Part shown: positions 1 through 205 of the stretch, piece after piece
Numbering within the stretch: the first letter of the stretch is position 1
How the letters are laid out: every line of letters begins with the position of its first letter
DNA from: a phage
Reading direction: 5' to 3' (one strand)
Sequence record: J02468.1
Length of the DNA: 205 nucleotides
The notes under the pieces: generated by a model
What the model was told of the DNA's origin: nothing
Database searches by the model: none
What the model saw: only the letters and a program-made list of their open reading frames with translations
Program-made: the position numbers and the translations under genes

Positions 1-39
1 TTCCCTCAGGAGTGTGGGCCAGCGAGCTCTCCTCGGTAG
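1..39 (+). CDS. rep: 3' end of RNA-dependent RNA polymerase (replicase beta subunit) gene of an MS2-like ssRNA phage; partial, 5' end outside window; frame 1 reads F-P-Q-E-C-G-P-A-S-S-P-R-stop (TAG 37-39)
   Basis: Frame 1 is open from position 1 to TAG at 37-39. This leaves a 166-nt 3' UTR, which is in the range I recall for MS2-group phages. The downstream sequence matches the MS2-type 3' terminus from memory. Frame choice rests on that recollection, not on a homology search. Confidence 0.5.
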   Translation, partial: FPQECGPASSPR

Positions 40-50
40 CTGACCGAGGG
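30..50 (+). other. RNA hairpin: stem 31-36 (CCUCGG) with 44-49 (CCGAGG), optional U30-G50 wobble, 7-nt loop UAGCUGA containing the putative replicase stop codon
   Basis: Six consecutive Watson-Crick pairs read directly from the sequence; the TAG at 37-39 lies in the loop. Confidence 0.55.
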
Positions 51-68
51 ACCGTAAACGGGGTGGGT

Positions 69-84
69 GTGCTCGAAAGAGCAC
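69..84 (+). other. RNA hairpin: 6-bp stem GUGCUC/GAGCAC capped by GAAA (GNRA) tetraloop at 75-78
   Basis: Perfect inverted repeat 69-74 with 79-84 around GAAA; C74-G79 closing pair. Confidence 0.6.
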
Positions 85-86
85 GG

Positions 87-100
87 GTCGCGAAAGCGGT
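87..100 (+). other. RNA hairpin: short stem (C89-G98, G90-C97, C91-G96, plus G-U wobbles 88-99 and 87-100) capped by GAAA tetraloop at 92-95
   Basis: Inverted repeat CGC/GCG around GAAA with flanking wobble pairs, read directly from the sequence. Confidence 0.45.
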
Positions 101-103
101 GGC

Positions 104-119
104 TCCACCGAAAGGTGGG
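104..119 (+). other. RNA hairpin: 5-bp stem CCACC/GGUGG (105-109 with 114-118), plus U104-G119 wobble, capped by GAAA tetraloop at 110-113
   Basis: Perfect inverted repeat around GAAA; C109-G114 closing pair. Confidence 0.55.
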
Positions 120-120
120 C

Positions 121-130
121 GGCTTCGGCC
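121..130 (+). other. RNA hairpin: 3-bp stem GGC/GCC capped by UUCG tetraloop at 124-127 with C123-G128 closing pair
   Basis: GGC-UUCG-GCC read directly; C(UUCG)G is the classic extra-stable tetraloop context. Confidence 0.45.
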
Positions 131-157
131 CAGGGACCTCCCCCTAAAGAGAGGACC

Positions 158-170
158 CGGGATTCTCCCG
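158..170 (+). other. RNA hairpin: stem CGGGA/UCCCG (158-162 with 166-170) with 3-nt loop UUC, or a 4-bp stem with 5-nt loop
   Basis: Inverted repeat read directly from the sequence. An alternative pairing of 133-140 with 151-158 (with one A-A mismatch) overlaps it by one base. Confidence 0.4.
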
Positions 171-174
171 ATTT

Positions 175-200
175 GGTAACTAGCTGCTTGGCTAGTTACC
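175..200 (+). promoter_or_regulatory. 3'-terminal hairpin of the phage genome: perfect 10-bp stem GGUAACUAGC/GCUAGUUACC with 6-nt loop UGCUUG at 185-190
   Basis: Ten consecutive Watson-Crick pairs (175-184 with 191-200). Position immediately upstream of the ACCCA terminus. Matches my recollection of the MS2 3'-terminal stem-loop. Confidence 0.65.
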
Positions 201-205
201 ACCCA
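201..205 (+). promoter_or_regulatory. Single-stranded 3' tail ACCCA ending in CCA; site where replicase initiates minus-strand synthesis in leviviruses
   Basis: The sequence ends in ...ACCACCCA right after the terminal hairpin. Levivirus genomes are known to end in CCCA/CCA, with the terminal A added untemplated. Confidence 0.55.

Larger units (their letters stand above)
40..205 (+). promoter_or_regulatory. 3' untranslated region of an MS2-like levivirus genome (cis-acting replication region), given as cDNA
   Basis: No ATG on either strand. Dense array of stable hairpins with GNRA and UUCG tetraloops. Terminal hairpin followed by ACCACCCA, recognised from memory as the MS2-group 3' end. The window ends exactly at the CCA terminus. 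Confidence 0.6.

Noticed and set aside
69-130. CRISPR-like or tandem repeat array, suggested by four regularly spaced hairpins
   Set aside because: The stems have different sequences and lengths and there are no conserved repeat units with unique spacers. The only shared element is the tetraloop.
146-155. Shine-Dalgarno-like purine run AAAGAGAGGA that might precede a small ORF
   Set aside because: No ATG follows anywhere downstream (none on either strand in the whole window), and only 50 nt remain before the sequence ends.
3-176. Frame 3 is open for 58 codons (3-176), ending at TAA 177-179; could be the replicase frame or an extra ORF
   Set aside because: There is no ATG in the window and the region is packed with tetraloop hairpins typical of non-coding RNA. 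This frame would leave only a 26-nt 3' UTR, which is atypical for leviviruses. An open frame of this length is plausible by chance in GC-rich sequence. It needs the upstream genome to exclude completely.
175-205. Rho-independent transcription terminator (strong hairpin at the 3' end)
   Set aside because: The hairpin is followed by ACCACCCA, not a U/T tract, and the reverse strand likewise lacks a T-run after the stem. The levivirus terminal hairpin fits better.
175-205. tRNA or tmRNA 3' end, suggested by the terminal CCA
   Set aside because: No cloverleaf, no T-loop (GTTCRA) or acceptor-stem geometry. The stem is a simple 10-bp hairpin; CCA ends are also characteristic of levivirus genomes.
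1-205. Minus-strand coding or a cellular structured ncRNA (RNase P, SRP RNA, riboswitch)
   Set aside because: No CAT on the plus strand, so no minus-strand ATG. I recognise no conserved RNase P, SRP or riboswitch motifs. The terminal sequence is better explained by the phage 3' end.

Overview
This window looks like the cDNA of the 3' end of a positive-sense ssRNA coliphage genome of the MS2 type (Fiersviridae/Leviviridae), not a cellular DNA locus and not a novel system. I recognise the terminal motif UAGCUGCUUGGCUAGUUACCACCCA from memory as the MS2-group 3' terminus; I cannot run a search, so exact identity (MS2, R17, f2, fr or a divergent relative) is unverified. Frame 1 runs from the window start to a TAG at 37-39, which fits the last 12 codons of the replicase (RdRp) gene; the remaining 166 nt would be the 3' UTR. 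The UTR is GC-rich (about 62% by hand count) and densely structured: a hairpin holding the stop codon in its loop, four tandem tetraloop hairpins (three C-GAAA-G, one C-UUCG-G), further hairpins, then a perfect 10-bp terminal hairpin and a single-stranded ACCCA tail. There is no ATG on either strand, so no gene can start inside the window. Everything I see is explained by a known phage genome terminus; the main practical point is that MS2 is a common laboratory spike-in and could be a contaminant.
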